Positions 11,612 through 21,547 of a stretch of DNA of 64,000 nucleotides are shown here, in pieces (position 1 is the first letter of the stretch; each line of letters begins with the position of its first letter). The position numbers were made by a program, and so were the translations under genes. The notes below the pieces were generated by a model. The model worked only from the letters and a program-made list of their open reading frames with translations, had not been told where the DNA came from and searched no databases. Source of the DNA: Chthoniobacteraceae bacterium (GTDB taxonomy: Bacteria; Verrucomicrobiota; Verrucomicrobiia; Chthoniobacterales; Chthoniobacteraceae); the NCBI GenBank assembly GCA_031409335.1, contig JANNWY010000307.1:1-64000 (forward strand), given 5' to 3'.

Positions 11612-11674
11612 GTGTTTTAGCCTGCTGGAGGCTAAGTCCGTCCCGCCTCTGCCGGCAGTAATGCAGCCGGATTT

Positions 11675-12319
11675 TTACTGCTCCAATGCAGCGACCGACT
11701 GTTGGAATCCGTCAACAACCAGAAACAGAGTACTCGTCGTCGTCACCGTCACTTGCTGGGTGGTGACATCGTCCGTGGTGTCATTCGGAGTGCCACCGTC
11801 GTCCGTGACGTTTCTCCTGGTGAGTTCCGAGATATCCATTTTCGCCTCGCCCTTTACGCGCAATGCGGAACCGGTTCCCGCCACTGCACCTTCCCCGGCT
11901 TTGAATTTCGCCCTGACGATTCCATTCGCAAAACCTCCTGGCTCAGTGACCGTCAGGTTTGCGTCGCCAAAAAGTTCGTCCGTAAGATTGAGCTCGGAGA
12001 CGATGATGTCGAACTGACCTTTCACCAATCCCGAGAAGGAATTCTTGGCGGGGTCGGCGAGACCGGTAATCGTGCCGACGAAAGTTTTTCCTTCGGAAAA
12101 ATAAACGAAGTCTCCCGTTCCCACTCCCTTCTGTTTCAAGGTCAGGGTAAAGAGACCCAGCCCGTTGAACTGATCCTGCCCTTTCGGCAGCAACACTCCG
12201 GCATAGTCGCCATTCAGATTGGTGGAACCGCTGACCGATCCACCGGGCCCGCCGCTAATCGCCCATGTCTGCGTTTGAAGAAAAACGAAGGCAAGAAGGA
12301 GGGAAAAAACTTGTTTCAT
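11675..12319 (-). CDS. Hypothetical secreted beta-rich protein
   Basis: Clear signal peptide (…QTWA|ISGGP), Gly/Thr-rich beta-strand pattern; no recognised domain. Confidence 0.7.
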   Translation of the reverse strand: MKQVFSLLLAFVFLQTQTWAISGGPGGSVSGSTNLNGDYAGVLLPKGQDQFNGLGLFTLTLKQKGVGTGDFVYFSEGKTFVGTITGLADPAKNSFSGLVKGQFDIIVSELNLTDELFGDANLTVTEPGGFANGIVRAKFKAGEGAVAGTGSALRVKGEAKMDISELTRRNVTDDGGTPNDTTDDVTTQQVTVTTTSTLFLVVDGFQQSVAALEQ

Positions 12320-12433
12320 AATGCTCCGAATTCAATCGCTTTCGGCACACAAGTCAAAACTTTATTTGCCAGTTTCGACATTTCGCTTGGTGGTTCCTCC
12401 CGCGCTCGTTTCCATGCCGACCCATTGTAATTT

Positions 12434-13723
12434 GTGAAAGCTCCGTTCAGCCTTTTCCTCGCACTGCGTTATCTCCGGCCAAAACGGACATTCGTTTCCA
12501 TCATCACGCTCATCTCCATCGCGGGCGTCACGCTCGGGATCATGGTGCTCATCGTGGTGATTTCGGTGATGACCGGTTTCGACCGCGAACTCCAGCGCGT
12601 CGTGCTCGGCTTCGAGCCGCACATCACGATAGCCAACGGACAACTGCTGGAAAACTGGCGCGAGATTTTACCGAAGGTGGAGAAAACGCCCGGCGTCGTC
12701 GCCGCCGCGCCGTTCGTGCAGGGGCCGGTGCTCGCGGAGCATGAAGGGCGCGTCTATACGCCGACGATGCGCGGCATCCTGCTGGAGGCCGAGCAGAAGA
12801 TCGTGGACCTGCGGAAAACCATCATCCACGGCACGGCAGAAATGGAGAGCGACACCGTCCTCCTCGGCACCGGGCTCGCCGCCTCGCTCGGGGTCAGCGT
12901 CGGGGATAAGATCACCGTCTATGCGCCGGGGAATATCAACGGCATCATCGAAGAGCTGCGCCGCGAGCAGGAGGATCCCAGCGCGGCAAAGAAGACGCTC
13001 GCGGACCTCAAGGACACCATCGTTCTGCCCAGTGAATTGCGCGTGATCGGCATCTTCGAGTCGGGCCGCAACATCTACGACACAGGCGTGATGATCGTCC
13101 CACTGTTCGTTGCGCAGGAGCTTTACACCTTGGGCGACGCCGTCCACGGCATCTCCGTAAAGACCACCAGCCCGGATGCAGCGGACGCGGTGAAAGTCGC
13201 GCTGGATTCCCAGCTCGATGACGCCTTCGCCGAGACGTGGTTTGAGAAGAATTCTGAACGTTTTGATGCCGTCCGCTTCGAGCGCGCGATGATGTTCATC
13301 ATCCTCATGTTTCTGATCGTCATCGCCGCATTTGGCATCACAAGCACTCAGATAACCGTCACCATACAAAAGCGCCGGGAAATTGGCGTTCTAAAAGCGC
13401 TGGGAGCGAACACCGCGCAGATCGTCTGGGTTTTTCTCGCACAAGGAATGTTTGTGGGGATCGTCGGCAACCTGACCGGCTTGGCAATCGGGATAACAGT
13501 AATCGCCTTTCGCAATCCATTCAAAGATTGGCTGTCTGCCGTACTGCATCGCGACGTTTTTCCGGTGGGCATCTACGAACTCAACGGCATCCCCGCCGAA
13601 ATCGTCCCGCGCGATGTCGCCATCATCTGCATCAGCGCATTCCTCATCTGCTCGCTTGCCGCGCTCCTTCCCGCCTACGCTGCCGCGCGGCTCGATCCGG
13701 TGAAGGCGCTGCGTTATGAGTAA
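12434..13723 (+). CDS. Lipoprotein-releasing ABC transporter permease (LolC/LolE family)
   Basis: FLALRYLRPKR…VISVMTGF, KRREIGVLKALGA, LPAYAAARLDPVKALRYE. Confidence 0.9.
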   Translation: MKAPFSLFLALRYLRPKRTFVSIITLISIAGVTLGIMVLIVVISVMTGFDRELQRVVLGFEPHITIANGQLLENWREILPKVEKTPGVVAAAPFVQGPVLAEHEGRVYTPTMRGILLEAEQKIVDLRKTIIHGTAEMESDTVLLGTGLAASLGVSVGDKITVYAPGNINGIIEELRREQEDPSAAKKTLADLKDTIVLPSELRVIGIFESGRNIYDTGVMIVPLFVAQELYTLGDAVHGISVKTTSPDAADAVKVALDSQLDDAFAETWFEKNSERFDAVRFERAMMFIILMFLIVIAAFGITSTQITVTIQKRREIGVLKALGANTAQIVWVFLAQGMFVGIVGNLTGLAIGITVIAFRNPFKDWLSAVLHRDVFPVGIYELNGIPAEIVPRDVAIICISAFLICSLAALLPAYAAARLDPVKALRYE

Positions 13724-13760
13724 AGCAAGCGTGCAGACTGATTGCGCGGTTTTCATTTGC

Positions 13761-13788
13761 TTGCCACGCCAAACACGCCGCGCATAGT
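13761..13788 (+). promoter_or_regulatory. Putative sigma70 promoter of tRNA-Arg
   Basis: TTGCCA-N16-CATAGT, about 40 nt upstream of the tRNA. Confidence 0.45.
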
Positions 13789-13825
13789 AGGCGCTCCAAA
13801 CGGAAAACCGCTTGGACATGGAAAA

Positions 13826-13899
13826 GCACTCGTAGCTCAACTGGATAGAGCGCTGCCCTCCGAAGGCAGAGGTTGTGGGTTCGACCCCCGCCGAGTGCA
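13826..13899 (+). tRNA. tRNA-Arg (anticodon CCG), CCA not encoded
   Basis: Acceptor stem GCACTCG/CGAGTGC, D-arm TAGCTCAACTGGATAGAGC, anticodon stem CTGCC-CTCCGAA-GGCAG, T-loop GGTTCGACCC. Confidence 0.96.
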
Positions 13900-14057
13900 T
13901 CCCGTCAGGCCACGGCGGCGGCTCGCCGGGTAAATCCCGGAATCATCGCGATCTCCCATCACGCGCAGCGGCGACGCGGGAATCCTTGTTCCGCCGGAGC
14001 TGCTACGACGGCCCCTCCCGTATGCGGCACCGATTTTGAGATCGCTGGAAAAAGCTT

Positions 14058-14085
14058 TTGACACGTCGGAGCGGCCCGCTACTTT
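14058..14085 (+). promoter_or_regulatory. Sigma70 promoter of rplA-rplJ-rplL
   Basis: TTGACA-N16-TACTTT followed by a GC-rich discriminator. Confidence 0.7.
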
Positions 14086-14131
14086 CTGCGCCCCTGCCTC
14101 CCAGCGGGGTCAACTCAAACTCTAAATATAA

Positions 14132-14167
14132 GCAGGAGAGCCGCCCGGCGGTCTCGTTATTCACTGC
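14132..14167 (+). promoter_or_regulatory. Putative ribosomal protein L1 autoregulatory leader
   Basis: GCAGGAG…ACTGC closing helix around an inner GAGA-CCGC/GCGG-TCTC hairpin, just before the rplA ATG. Resembles the GGGAG…AC L1-binding mimic found upstream of rplA. Confidence 0.6.
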
Positions 14168-14175
14168 ACCTTTCC

Positions 14176-14877
14176 ATGTCACAACATCGCAGCAAACGTT
14201 ATCGCGCCGCCGCCTCCAAGGTGGACTCCAAAAAGGCGCTTCCCATCAGCGAAGCCGTCCAGGTTCTAAAATCGCTGCCGCCGACTAAGTTCGATCAGAC
14301 GGTCACCCTTTCCTTCCGGCTGGGCGTCGATCCGAAACAGTCCGACCAGATGGTCCGCGGCACCTGCCCGCTCCCGCACGGTTCCGGAAAAAATGTGCGC
14401 GTCTTGGTTTTCGCGGAAGGCGCCGCGGCGCAAGCGGCTCGCGATGCTGGTGCTGAATTCGTCGGATACAAGGACATGATTGAGAAGTGCAATCAGGGCT
14501 TTCAGGATTTCGATGTCGCGGTCGCGACACCCGCTGCGATGGCCGAAGTCCGCAAACTCGGCAAGGTGCTCGGGCCACGTGGCCTGATGCCAAATCCGAA
14601 GACCGGCACGGTGACCGACGACACTGCGAAAGCGGTGCGCGAGGTCAAGGCCGGGCGCGTCGAATTCAAGCTGGACAAAGGCGGCAACGTCGCAGTCCCG
14701 GTTGGCAAGTTTTCCTTCGCCGTCGAGCAGCTCGCGGAGAACGGCGCGGCAGTCATCGAGGCCGTGGTCAAAAGCCGCCCGGCGACCGCCAAGGGCATTT
14801 TCGTCGAAAACGTCACGCTCAGCGCCACCATGTTGCCCGGCCTGAGAGTCGATGCCTCTTCCTTCATCAAGAACTAA
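14176..14877 (+). CDS. rplA: 50S ribosomal protein L1
   Basis: KFDQTV…[14 protein letters not shown]…[27 protein letters not shown]. Confidence 0.98.
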   Translation: MSQHRSKRYRAAASKVDSKKALPISEAVQVLKSLPPTKFDQTVTLSFRLGVDPKQSDQMVRGTCPLPHGSGKNVRVLVFAEGAAAQAARDAGAEFVGYKDMIEKCNQGFQDFDVAVATPAAMAEVRKLGKVLGPRGLMPNPKTGTVTDDTAKAVREVKAGRVEFKLDKGGNVAVPVGKFSFAVEQLAENGAAVIEAVVKSRPATAKGIFVENVTLSATMLPGLRVDASSFIKN

Positions 14878-14897
14878 CCACCGGAAAGCCCATTTTC

Positions 14898-15416
14898 ATG
14901 CATCCCGATAAAGCAACCATCGTTGACGATTTGCAGGTAAAGCTAAACGCTTCCCCGTTCCTGTTTGTGGCGGATTACACCGGCCTCAAAGTCGGTCAGT
15001 TTTCCGAACTCCGCACCCGCTTGTGGAATGCCGGAGCCCGCTGTCACGTCGTCAAAAACACCTTCCTAAAACGCGCCGCCGCCGGTGCCGGACTGCCCGA
15101 ATTGGGCGAACTCAAAGGCCAGTCCGCCATCATTCTGGGTGACCAGGATGTGGCCGCTGCCGCGAAAGTATTAAAGACCTTCGCCGCGGAATTTAAGAAA
15201 CCATCCGTAAAAATCGGCATCGTGGACAAGGCAGTCGTATCGCCCGAGCAGATTGGCGCGATCGCCGACCTTCCCTCCCGCGACGTCCTGCTCGCCACTT
15301 TCCTCGGCGTGCTCAATGCGCCCGCGAGCAAGCTCGTCCGCGTCCTCAACGAACCCGCCTCCTCGCTCGCGCGTCTGCTCAAAGCCAAGGCCGAGAAGGA
15401 CGGAGCCGCAGCATAA
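14898..15416 (+). CDS. rplJ: 50S ribosomal protein L10
   Basis: ADYTGLKVGQFSELR, VVKNTFLKRA, IADLPSRDVLLA; position between rplA and rplL. Confidence 0.96.
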   Translation: MHPDKATIVDDLQVKLNASPFLFVADYTGLKVGQFSELRTRLWNAGARCHVVKNTFLKRAAAGAGLPELGELKGQSAIILGDQDVAAAAKVLKTFAAEFKKPSVKIGIVDKAVVSPEQIGAIADLPSRDVLLATFLGVLNAPASKLVRVLNEPASSLARLLKAKAEKDGAAA

Positions 15417-15579
15417 ACAACCCTTTCCCCGCTGGTGCCAGCCAGCGTCGAAACTCGGCTGCCGAAACCGGCGGTCGCGAATAAACAACAAACCAATGGT
15501 TCCTCGTCGGATCGGCAGCGGCCGGTCTTAATCCGCCTGAAGCTTCAGGTGCCGACGATACCGAAAAACACACAGACCT

Positions 15580-15966
15580 ATGGCAGATACATCCGCATTA
15601 GTGGAACAACTCAGCGGGCTCACCGTCCTGGAAGTCGCTGATCTCGTCAAACAACTCGAAGAAAAGTGGGGCGTCAGCGCCGCCGCACCCGTGGCTGTCG
15701 CAGCCGCCGGCGGTGGTGGAGCCGCAGCCGCTGCTCCCGCCGAGGAGAAGACCTCCTTCGACGTGATCCTGAAAGCAGCCGATGCTGCGAAGAAGATCGC
15801 GATCATCAAGGAAGTGCGCGCAGTCGTCGCCGGCCTCGGCCTTGCCGAAGCCAAGGCGCTCGTCGAAGGCGCTCCGAAGGCCCTCAAAGAAGGCGTCACC
15901 AAGGAAGAAGCCGAAGAGATCAAGAAGAAAGTCGAAGCGGCAGGCGGCACCGTCGAGATCAAGTAA
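15580..15966 (+). CDS. rplL: 50S ribosomal protein L7/L12
   Basis: [48 protein letters not shown]. Confidence 0.98.
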   Translation: MADTSALVEQLSGLTVLEVADLVKQLEEKWGVSAAAPVAVAAAGGGGAAAAAPAEEKTSFDVILKAADAAKKIAIIKEVRAVVAGLGLAEAKALVEGAPKALKEGVTKEEAEEIKKKVEAAGGTVEIK

Positions 15967-16048
15967 GACAACTCCCGATTTCCATTTCGGCGTTCCAGCG
16001 GGCCGCGAGGTCCGCTGGACGCCACGGGAGGGTGGTCCAACTGAAATG

Positions 16049-16079
16049 GCGACATCCACGGGTGTCGCTTTTTCATTTT
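16049..16079 (+). terminator. Intrinsic terminator after rplL
   Basis: GCGACATCC-AC-GGGTGTCGC hairpin followed by TTTTTCATTTT. Confidence 0.7.
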
Positions 16080-16202
16080 AAGGGCGGGCCAACAATTTTC
16101 TCGGGCCGACGAACATTTGTTTCGCATGCGACAGAAGTTTGTGTTTCCCAAACGAGAGTGCTCAGCTCTTGCATTCCCGGAAATCAGCGGAATCCTCGCA
16201 CG

Positions 16203-17498
16203 ATGAAATCCCTCCTCCGCACTGTGGTACTCCTTGTGGCCCTGCCGATCGTGTCCGCACGCGCGGCGGACGCCAGTTTCGATGCGATCCTCGCGACTCC
16301 CGGCCTGTGGTCGCTCAATCAGGATGATTTTCAAAAAAACACGCCGGCGCTTCCCTTTCGGTGGACCTCGACCGCCCGGGACTCGGCCCGCGCTGCGCGA
16401 CCAGGGATGGCGCTGTTCGGTTTGCCGGTCGTCGAAGCCATCGCGCGCTTCGAAGCGGACAAGCTGGCCTCTTTCACCGCGAACATTTACGCGCGCGGTG
16501 ACGCGGGGGATTTGACGAAGGATCGGTTCGACGCGCTCGTCCGTGAATCCGTCGCGGCCATCACGAAGGCGACGAATGTGAAATTTACCGACCGGGGGAA
16601 AGATCCGTCGAGCGCGGTGAAAGCGGAGGGGCTGCTGTGGAAAACGGAGACGGCGCTGTTCACACTGGAATACAGTTTTACGAAAGAGATGAAGACGCGT
16701 GATATTCCGTTTCGCGCGGAGTTCGTCCGGCTGCAAATCACCCCGCCAGCGAAGGGTGTCGCCGCATTGGCCAGCGCCGGATCGGCATCGACGCCCCGCT
16801 TCAACGCCGCCACCCATGTGCAGCGCGATGCGGTGACTGGCGATACGTTCATCAAGGACGTGCCGATGGTCGATCAGGGGCAAAAGGGCTACTGCGTCGT
16901 CGCCAGCACCGAGCGGGTGATGCGCTACTATGGCGGCGATGTGGATGCGAACGAACTCGCGCAGATCGCCAACTCGGATGCCGAAGGCGGCACCAGCCAG
17001 CAGGCCATGATCGCATCCCTGAAAAAGGTCGCGGCGCGATTGAAAGTCCGGGTGCGCGAATTGGAAAAGATGGAAGTGAAGGACATCCTCGATCTCATCA
17101 AGGACTACAATCGCGCGGCGAAGAAAGAGGGTGCGAGCCAGATTCCGGACCAAGGCCGCATGCTCGACATGGGCGCGATTTATGCCGCTATGAAAGGCGA
17201 CGTCTTACGCGATGCCCGCACAAAAAACAAATCCGATCTCAGCCGCTTCCAGCGCACCGTGGCGGAGCATACCGACAAGGGAATCCCACTGCTCTGGACG
17301 GTGCAACTCGGCATCCTGCAGGACAAAAACATTCCCCAGAGCGGCGGCGGTCACATGCGGCTGATCATCGGCTACAACGCGAAAACGAATGACATCCTCT
17401 TCTCCGACTCGTGGGGCGCGGGGCACGAGCTGAAGCGGATGCCAGCGGTGGACGCGTGGACCATCACCACGAGCCTGACCAAGATCGAGCCGATGTGA
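16203..17498 (+). CDS. Secreted C39-like cysteine peptidase
   Basis: Signal peptide; VPMVDQGQKGYCVVAS (catalytic Cys), GHMRLIIGYN (His), FSDSWG (Asp). Confidence 0.8.
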   Translation: MKSLLRTVVLLVALPIVSARAADASFDAILATPGLWSLNQDDFQKNTPALPFRWTSTARDSARAARPGMALFGLPVVEAIARFEADKLASFTANIYARGDAGDLTKDRFDALVRESVAAITKATNVKFTDRGKDPSSAVKAEGLLWKTETALFTLEYSFTKEMKTRDIPFRAEFVRLQITPPAKGVAALASAGSASTPRFNAATHVQRDAVTGDTFIKDVPMVDQGQKGYCVVASTERVMRYYGGDVDANELAQIANSDAEGGTSQQAMIASLKKVAARLKVRVRELEKMEVKDILDLIKDYNRAAKKEGASQIPDQGRMLDMGAIYAAMKGDVLRDARTKNKSDLSRFQRTVAEHTDKGIPLLWTVQLGILQDKNIPQSGGGHMRLIIGYNAKTNDILFSDSWGAGHELKRMPAVDAWTITTSLTKIEPM

Positions 17499-17587
17499 AA
17501 AGGCCTGGCTCTGGAGCCGCGTGGCACGTTCCCGGTGCCAGGTCGTTGCCGACAGAGCTTCTCCACGAAGTGCGCTCGCTCGCGGCT

Positions 17588-19351
17588 TTACGGCTTTAAC
17601 ACCGACCCGCCGGAGCCCCCACGGCGGACCAGCGATTCGCGCGCGGTTTTGACAAGCGCCTGCTCCTCTGGCAGGAGCTTCCCGGTCTGCGCGATCGCCA
17701 TGTATTTTTCCGCATCCTCGGGGGTATCGCTGTCCACGAGCATCGCCGCGAAATAAGCGGCGCAACTCGGATCGGCGAGCAGCTTCTCGTCGAGCGAACG
17801 CATGAGTTTCACGCCCTCTTCCGTTCGTCCTCGCAGGTAAAGCGCGTACGCGTAAGTCGAGGTAATCAACTGGTTTTTCGGATGCTTTTGGTGCAGCTCG
17901 TCAGCCAGCGCCTGCGCGCGCTCGACGTTTGTGTTCAGAAGTAACGACAGCAAAACGGTGTTGTTTTGTGCGACCACATCCTTCGGGTCGATCTCGTTCA
18001 TCCGTGAGGCCACGTTCAGCAAACTGAGCGTGTTTCCTTTCGCGGCGTACACCTGGTTCAGGGTGCTCAGTGCCGATCGTTGTCCCCCATTGCCTCGCGC
18101 GATTGTCCACAACACATCGGTCATTTCATCTTCCCATCCCCATTTGGACGCGTGCCGGGTGAGCAAAATCAGTTCGTCTGGTCGGCCGGACGCAGCCTTG
18201 ACGGCGCCGTTCCACGAGTTGCGCGACGGAAGAGTGTCGCCGGTTTCACGCTGGGCCCGGGCGAGGAACGCCAGGCGCAGAAACTCCCCGCGCTCCCAGT
18301 TGGTCTCCGTCACCAACGGCCTGAGCGCATCCCAATTGTTCTGAAGGGCATAACACTCACCGATGGCGATCGGCACCGGCATTTTCGATGCGGTCTCTGC
18401 CGGGAGGCGCTTGCCCCATTCCACAGCGATCAGAACGAGGCCGTTCCCGGAAAGCCACGTAATGAGCGTGGCGGCGTCGTCCGCGTTGCCGTTTGCCTGC
18501 TCCTGAAGGCCCATTAAATAGCTGTGAAATTGCGGCAGTTTGAAACGCCGGAGGAGTCCGAGGTGAAGCATTCGGTCGCCAAAAGTCGCGTCCGTTGCAC
18601 TCTGGATTTGCTTCGAGAGCGCGAGCGCCTTTTCCCATTCCTTGCTGCGAAACAAATTGGTGAGAAGCACCCGCGCAGCCCCGCGTCCGAACTTGGGATG
18701 CGAGATGTAGCGCTCGATGTCTGCCCGCGCACCGTTCCGGATGTTTGCATCGTCCGATTGCATCCGCACCGAGGCCAGGCGCAACCGAAATTCGTCATTC
18801 GTCGGATCCAGTCTCACCGCCTCGCCAAGATGTTTTTCCGCGTCGGCAATCTGATTCGCCCCAAACGCGAGGCGACCCGCCGCATCGTGAAAGGCCGCCC
18901 CCTTCCTGCCGTCCTCCCCGACCAGCGCCAATGCTTGCTCCGCGAGCGCCGCTTCATTGTGACGCAGCGCGCAATCAGCCAATGCAATCTGATTGGCCGC
19001 GACATTGGGTTCCAGTTTGGCGACCGTGCGATGCCAGAAGATGGCCTCTTTCAACGCGGCAGCTTCCGTCAGTTCGACCATCACCCGATTTGCAGCGAGA
19101 TTCCTCGGATTCATCGCGAGCGCATGCCGGGCGGAAAGCAGTGCCTCCTTCAAATCCTTCTTCTCAATCGAAGCGCGCGCCCGCTCGACCATCCGATGCT
19201 GCCGGACCTTCCGGAATTCCCGCCAGCCAAATGCGGCAGCAGCGGCGATTGCCGCGAGGACAAGGAGGCGAAACAGCCAAGTTTTCAGTCGGCGACGTGA
19301 CCGGGTTCGTCCCGGACTCGGCGAGTGTTTCCGGGAGGGCTCAGCGTCCAT
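17588..19351 (-). CDS. Membrane-anchored tetratricopeptide-repeat protein
   Basis: N-terminal TM helix, then repeated helical units (ARHALAMNPRN, AVRLDPTN, DPKDVVAQNN, HPKNQLITSTYAYALY). Confidence 0.8.
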   Translation of the reverse strand: MDAEPSRKHSPSPGRTRSRRRLKTWLFRLLVLAAIAAAAAFGWREFRKVRQHRMVERARASIEKKDLKEALLSARHALAMNPRNLAANRVMVELTEAAALKEAIFWHRTVAKLEPNVAANQIALADCALRHNEAALAEQALALVGEDGRKGAAFHDAAGRLAFGANQIADAEKHLGEAVRLDPTNDEFRLRLASVRMQSDDANIRNGARADIERYISHPKFGRGAARVLLTNLFRSKEWEKALALSKQIQSATDATFGDRMLHLGLLRRFKLPQFHSYLMGLQEQANGNADDAATLITWLSGNGLVLIAVEWGKRLPAETASKMPVPIAIGECYALQNNWDALRPLVTETNWERGEFLRLAFLARAQRETGDTLPSRNSWNGAVKAASGRPDELILLTRHASKWGWEDEMTDVLWTIARGNGGQRSALSTLNQVYAAKGNTLSLLNVASRMNEIDPKDVVAQNNTVLLSLLLNTNVERAQALADELHQKHPKNQLITSTYAYALYLRGRTEEGVKLMRSLDEKLLADPSCAAYFAAMLVDSDTPEDAEKYMAIAQTGKLLPEEQALVKTARESLVRRGGSGGSVLKP

Positions 19352-19437
19352 ATTTCCTTATGCTCATCATTGGCATGCAAAGAAAGAATCCACATTGATG
19401 CGAATGCAATGTTTTTCCATAGTGTTCGGTGGCCTTG

Positions 19438-19625
19438 CCGACAAGGGAATCCCGCTGCTTGAGACGGTGCAACTCGGCAACCTACAGGACAAAAAAACTC
19501 TCCACAGCGGCGACGGTCACATGCGGCTGATCATCGGCGACAACGCGAAACCCAACGGCATTCTCTTCTCCGAATAGTGGGGTGCGTGGACTATCACGAC
19601 GAGCCTGACCAAGGTCGAACCGATG
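19438..19625 (+). pseudogene. Decayed duplicate of the 3' end of the C39 peptidase gene (17272-17495)
   Basis: Aligns by eye with scattered substitutions, a TCG>TAG stop and a 36-nt deletion. Confidence 0.9.
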
Positions 19626-19639
19626 CAATTTGACCGTAA

Positions 19640-20779
19640 CTACGCAACTTGCAGAGGCCTCGCGAGATTCGACCACGAGTCCAGGGAATGAGTGAGGGAA
19701 CCAGACGCTTGCTCCCACTCGCGCGGATTCATTTCGGCGGGCTCGGGATTCTTTTTCTTGGGCGGCTCTTCGGCGACGCGATCCGCGTCCGCGCCAAATA
19801 GCTTGGGCAGGGCGGCCAGCACCAGTTTTTCGGCGGACGGAATGAAGCAGTCGCTCGTCACCTTGATGAAAAGATCATGGCCCCACAGTGTCTTTAATCC
19901 TTCCAATTCGGTCGCCGAACAATCGACGATGAATATTCTCTCACTGATAAAGAGTTCCGCGAGAAGTTCTGGGTCCAGAAAATACCGTTGAGCTTCGTTT
20001 GCCCACTCTTCGACATGGGGTGAAAAGTGATTTCCCGGTCCGAGAAAGTGATGGATGAATTCCTCCGTTCCGTTCAGTCCAACCGGCGCTTTTCGGAATT
20101 GGCAAATGTCCATGCTCAACGCGACCACCGGATCGTGGAGCTTCTGCGAATAGCTGCGCTCCGCCCCAAACTGGCGAAACCCCGACAAATCGTAGAACGA
20201 ACTGTGGCTCGGGCTGACCGTCGCGATGGCCTGATGAAAACCTGCCGCCGTCATGTGCGCGACCGCACAGCGCATCAATTCGGTGGGAACAGCCGACTTG
20301 CGGTACGCCGGATCGACCGCTTGGTTCGTGATCTCGCACAGGCGCTGCCCAGTCGCCCTCAGCGCATCCAATTCCGCCTTGAACGAAGCATCTGACGGGA
20401 GGCCCAACTCCGGCGTATCCGCGACGACACCCAAGACTCCCACGACTTTGCCGTCCACCTTGGCCACGAATGTGGCCATATCCGCCGTCATCTCGAAAAT
20501 CCTCAGCCGCATCCCTGTCGCGACCGGCTCGATGAAACCGGTCCCCAAGTAAACGTCATGCACGAGCCGGTAAGCTTTCCGCAAATCCTCCAACGTGCAG
20601 GCTCTTTCGATTGTTGCCCCCAAAGTATTGTCGCCAAACAATCCCGAGCGCGACAACAGCCATAATTTGCGATCCACCAACGAGCGGTCGATGACTGGCG
20701 CGGGCCGCAAGTGCCGCGGTTTGATGTCCACCAGCTTGGGCGTGGGTGGAACGATGGTTGGTTCGAGACATATGGGCAT
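19640..20779 (-). CDS. N-acyl amino acid synthase, FeeM-like (GNAT fold); start uncertain
   Basis: AYRLVHDVY…GFI, TFVAKVDGKVVG…DTPELGLPSDASFKAELDALR…LCEITNQAVD…R, TVSPSHSSFY…GF. Matches the FeeM/NasY-type pattern as I recall it. Confidence 0.75.
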   Translation of the reverse strand: MPICLEPTIVPPTPKLVDIKPRHLRPAPVIDRSLVDRKLWLLSRSGLFGDNTLGATIERACTLEDLRKAYRLVHDVYLGTGFIEPVATGMRLRIFEMTADMATFVAKVDGKVVGVLGVVADTPELGLPSDASFKAELDALRATGQRLCEITNQAVDPAYRKSAVPTELMRCAVAHMTAAGFHQAIATVSPSHSSFYDLSGFRQFGAERSYSQKLHDPVVALSMDICQFRKAPVGLNGTEEFIHHFLGPGNHFSPHVEEWANEAQRYFLDPELLAELFISERIFIVDCSATELEGLKTLWGHDLFIKVTSDCFIPSAEKLVLAALPKLFGADADRVAEEPPKKKNPEPAEMNPREWEQASGSLTHSLDSWSNLARPLQVA

Positions 20780-21178
20780 CGGTGCAGGACTGATGCGGAC
20801 GGTGCTTTTGGGGCTCCCGCAATGCGAAGTAAGAAAGCTGGAGACGACGCGACCAGCTTCGGTCAATTTCGCAATGCCGACGACCGTCACCGACCACAAC
20901 CACGAGAGGCACGAGAGACAAGCGGTCTGGCAGGCGTTGTTCGAGGTCAGTGTACCGAACTCCCGCACGCCGAAGGCGACGGCGACTGCCATCATGGTCC
21001 GAGGAATTGATCTCTCGCCGGTCATGTCTGTTTTCCCGATCAGTTCACTGCCACACCGCCCAGTGCCGATCTCGACAAATCAAACTCGAATTGGCAGCGA
21101 ACCTGACGCCTCGCCATGGATCGAGACGCCGGGAACGCCGAAGGTCGTCTCCAGAACAAATTCGGAAACAAACCAGTG

Positions 21179-21220
21179 TGTAGGACAAATGATGACATAT
21201 TGGAGTTCTGAACTCCTACA
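21179..21220. promoter_or_regulatory. Two imperfect TGTAGG-N7-CCTACA boxes upstream of the first FeeM-like gene
   Basis: TGTAGG-ACAAATG-ATGACA (21179-21197) and GGAGTT-CTGAACT-CCTACA (21202-21220). Confidence 0.45.
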
Positions 21221-21547
21221 TGCGAACGCCGAATAGGCGGACGCGCTGAGGGGCCGTGGAGGTTGGCCGACGAATCCAGAAGGTCAAGGTTTATTTGACC
21301 CGAATTAGAAAAAAATAGCGTTACGATCGACCGGTCCCAGTCAGGAAAACGTGTGAACCCCCGTCAGACACAGTTTCCCCAATCGTCGGACTGGTCGCAG
21401 TTCCAGCCGTCGAAAATGGCGTTTCGATGGCTGTTCCGCACCACGCCGTGAGCCTCAAACGTCCGTCCCCGCGAACATAAGGAGGGACGATTCCGCTGCG
21501 TCCCCTGCCGATCCCGTCCGGTGCGCGATGTTTGCCCCGTCTGCCGG

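Noticed and set aside
13826..14050. Island integrated at tRNA-Arg
   Set aside because: No integrase, and I saw no duplicate of the tRNA 3' end in the window.
18993..19577. 194-aa plus-strand ORF ending in peptidase-like GHMRLIIG
   Set aside because: Antisense to the TPR gene and merely runs into the decayed duplicate fragment.
17272..19625. Diversity-generating retroelement TR/VR pair
   Set aside because: Mismatches are not confined to adenines of either copy, there is a deletion, and no reverse transcriptase is in the window.
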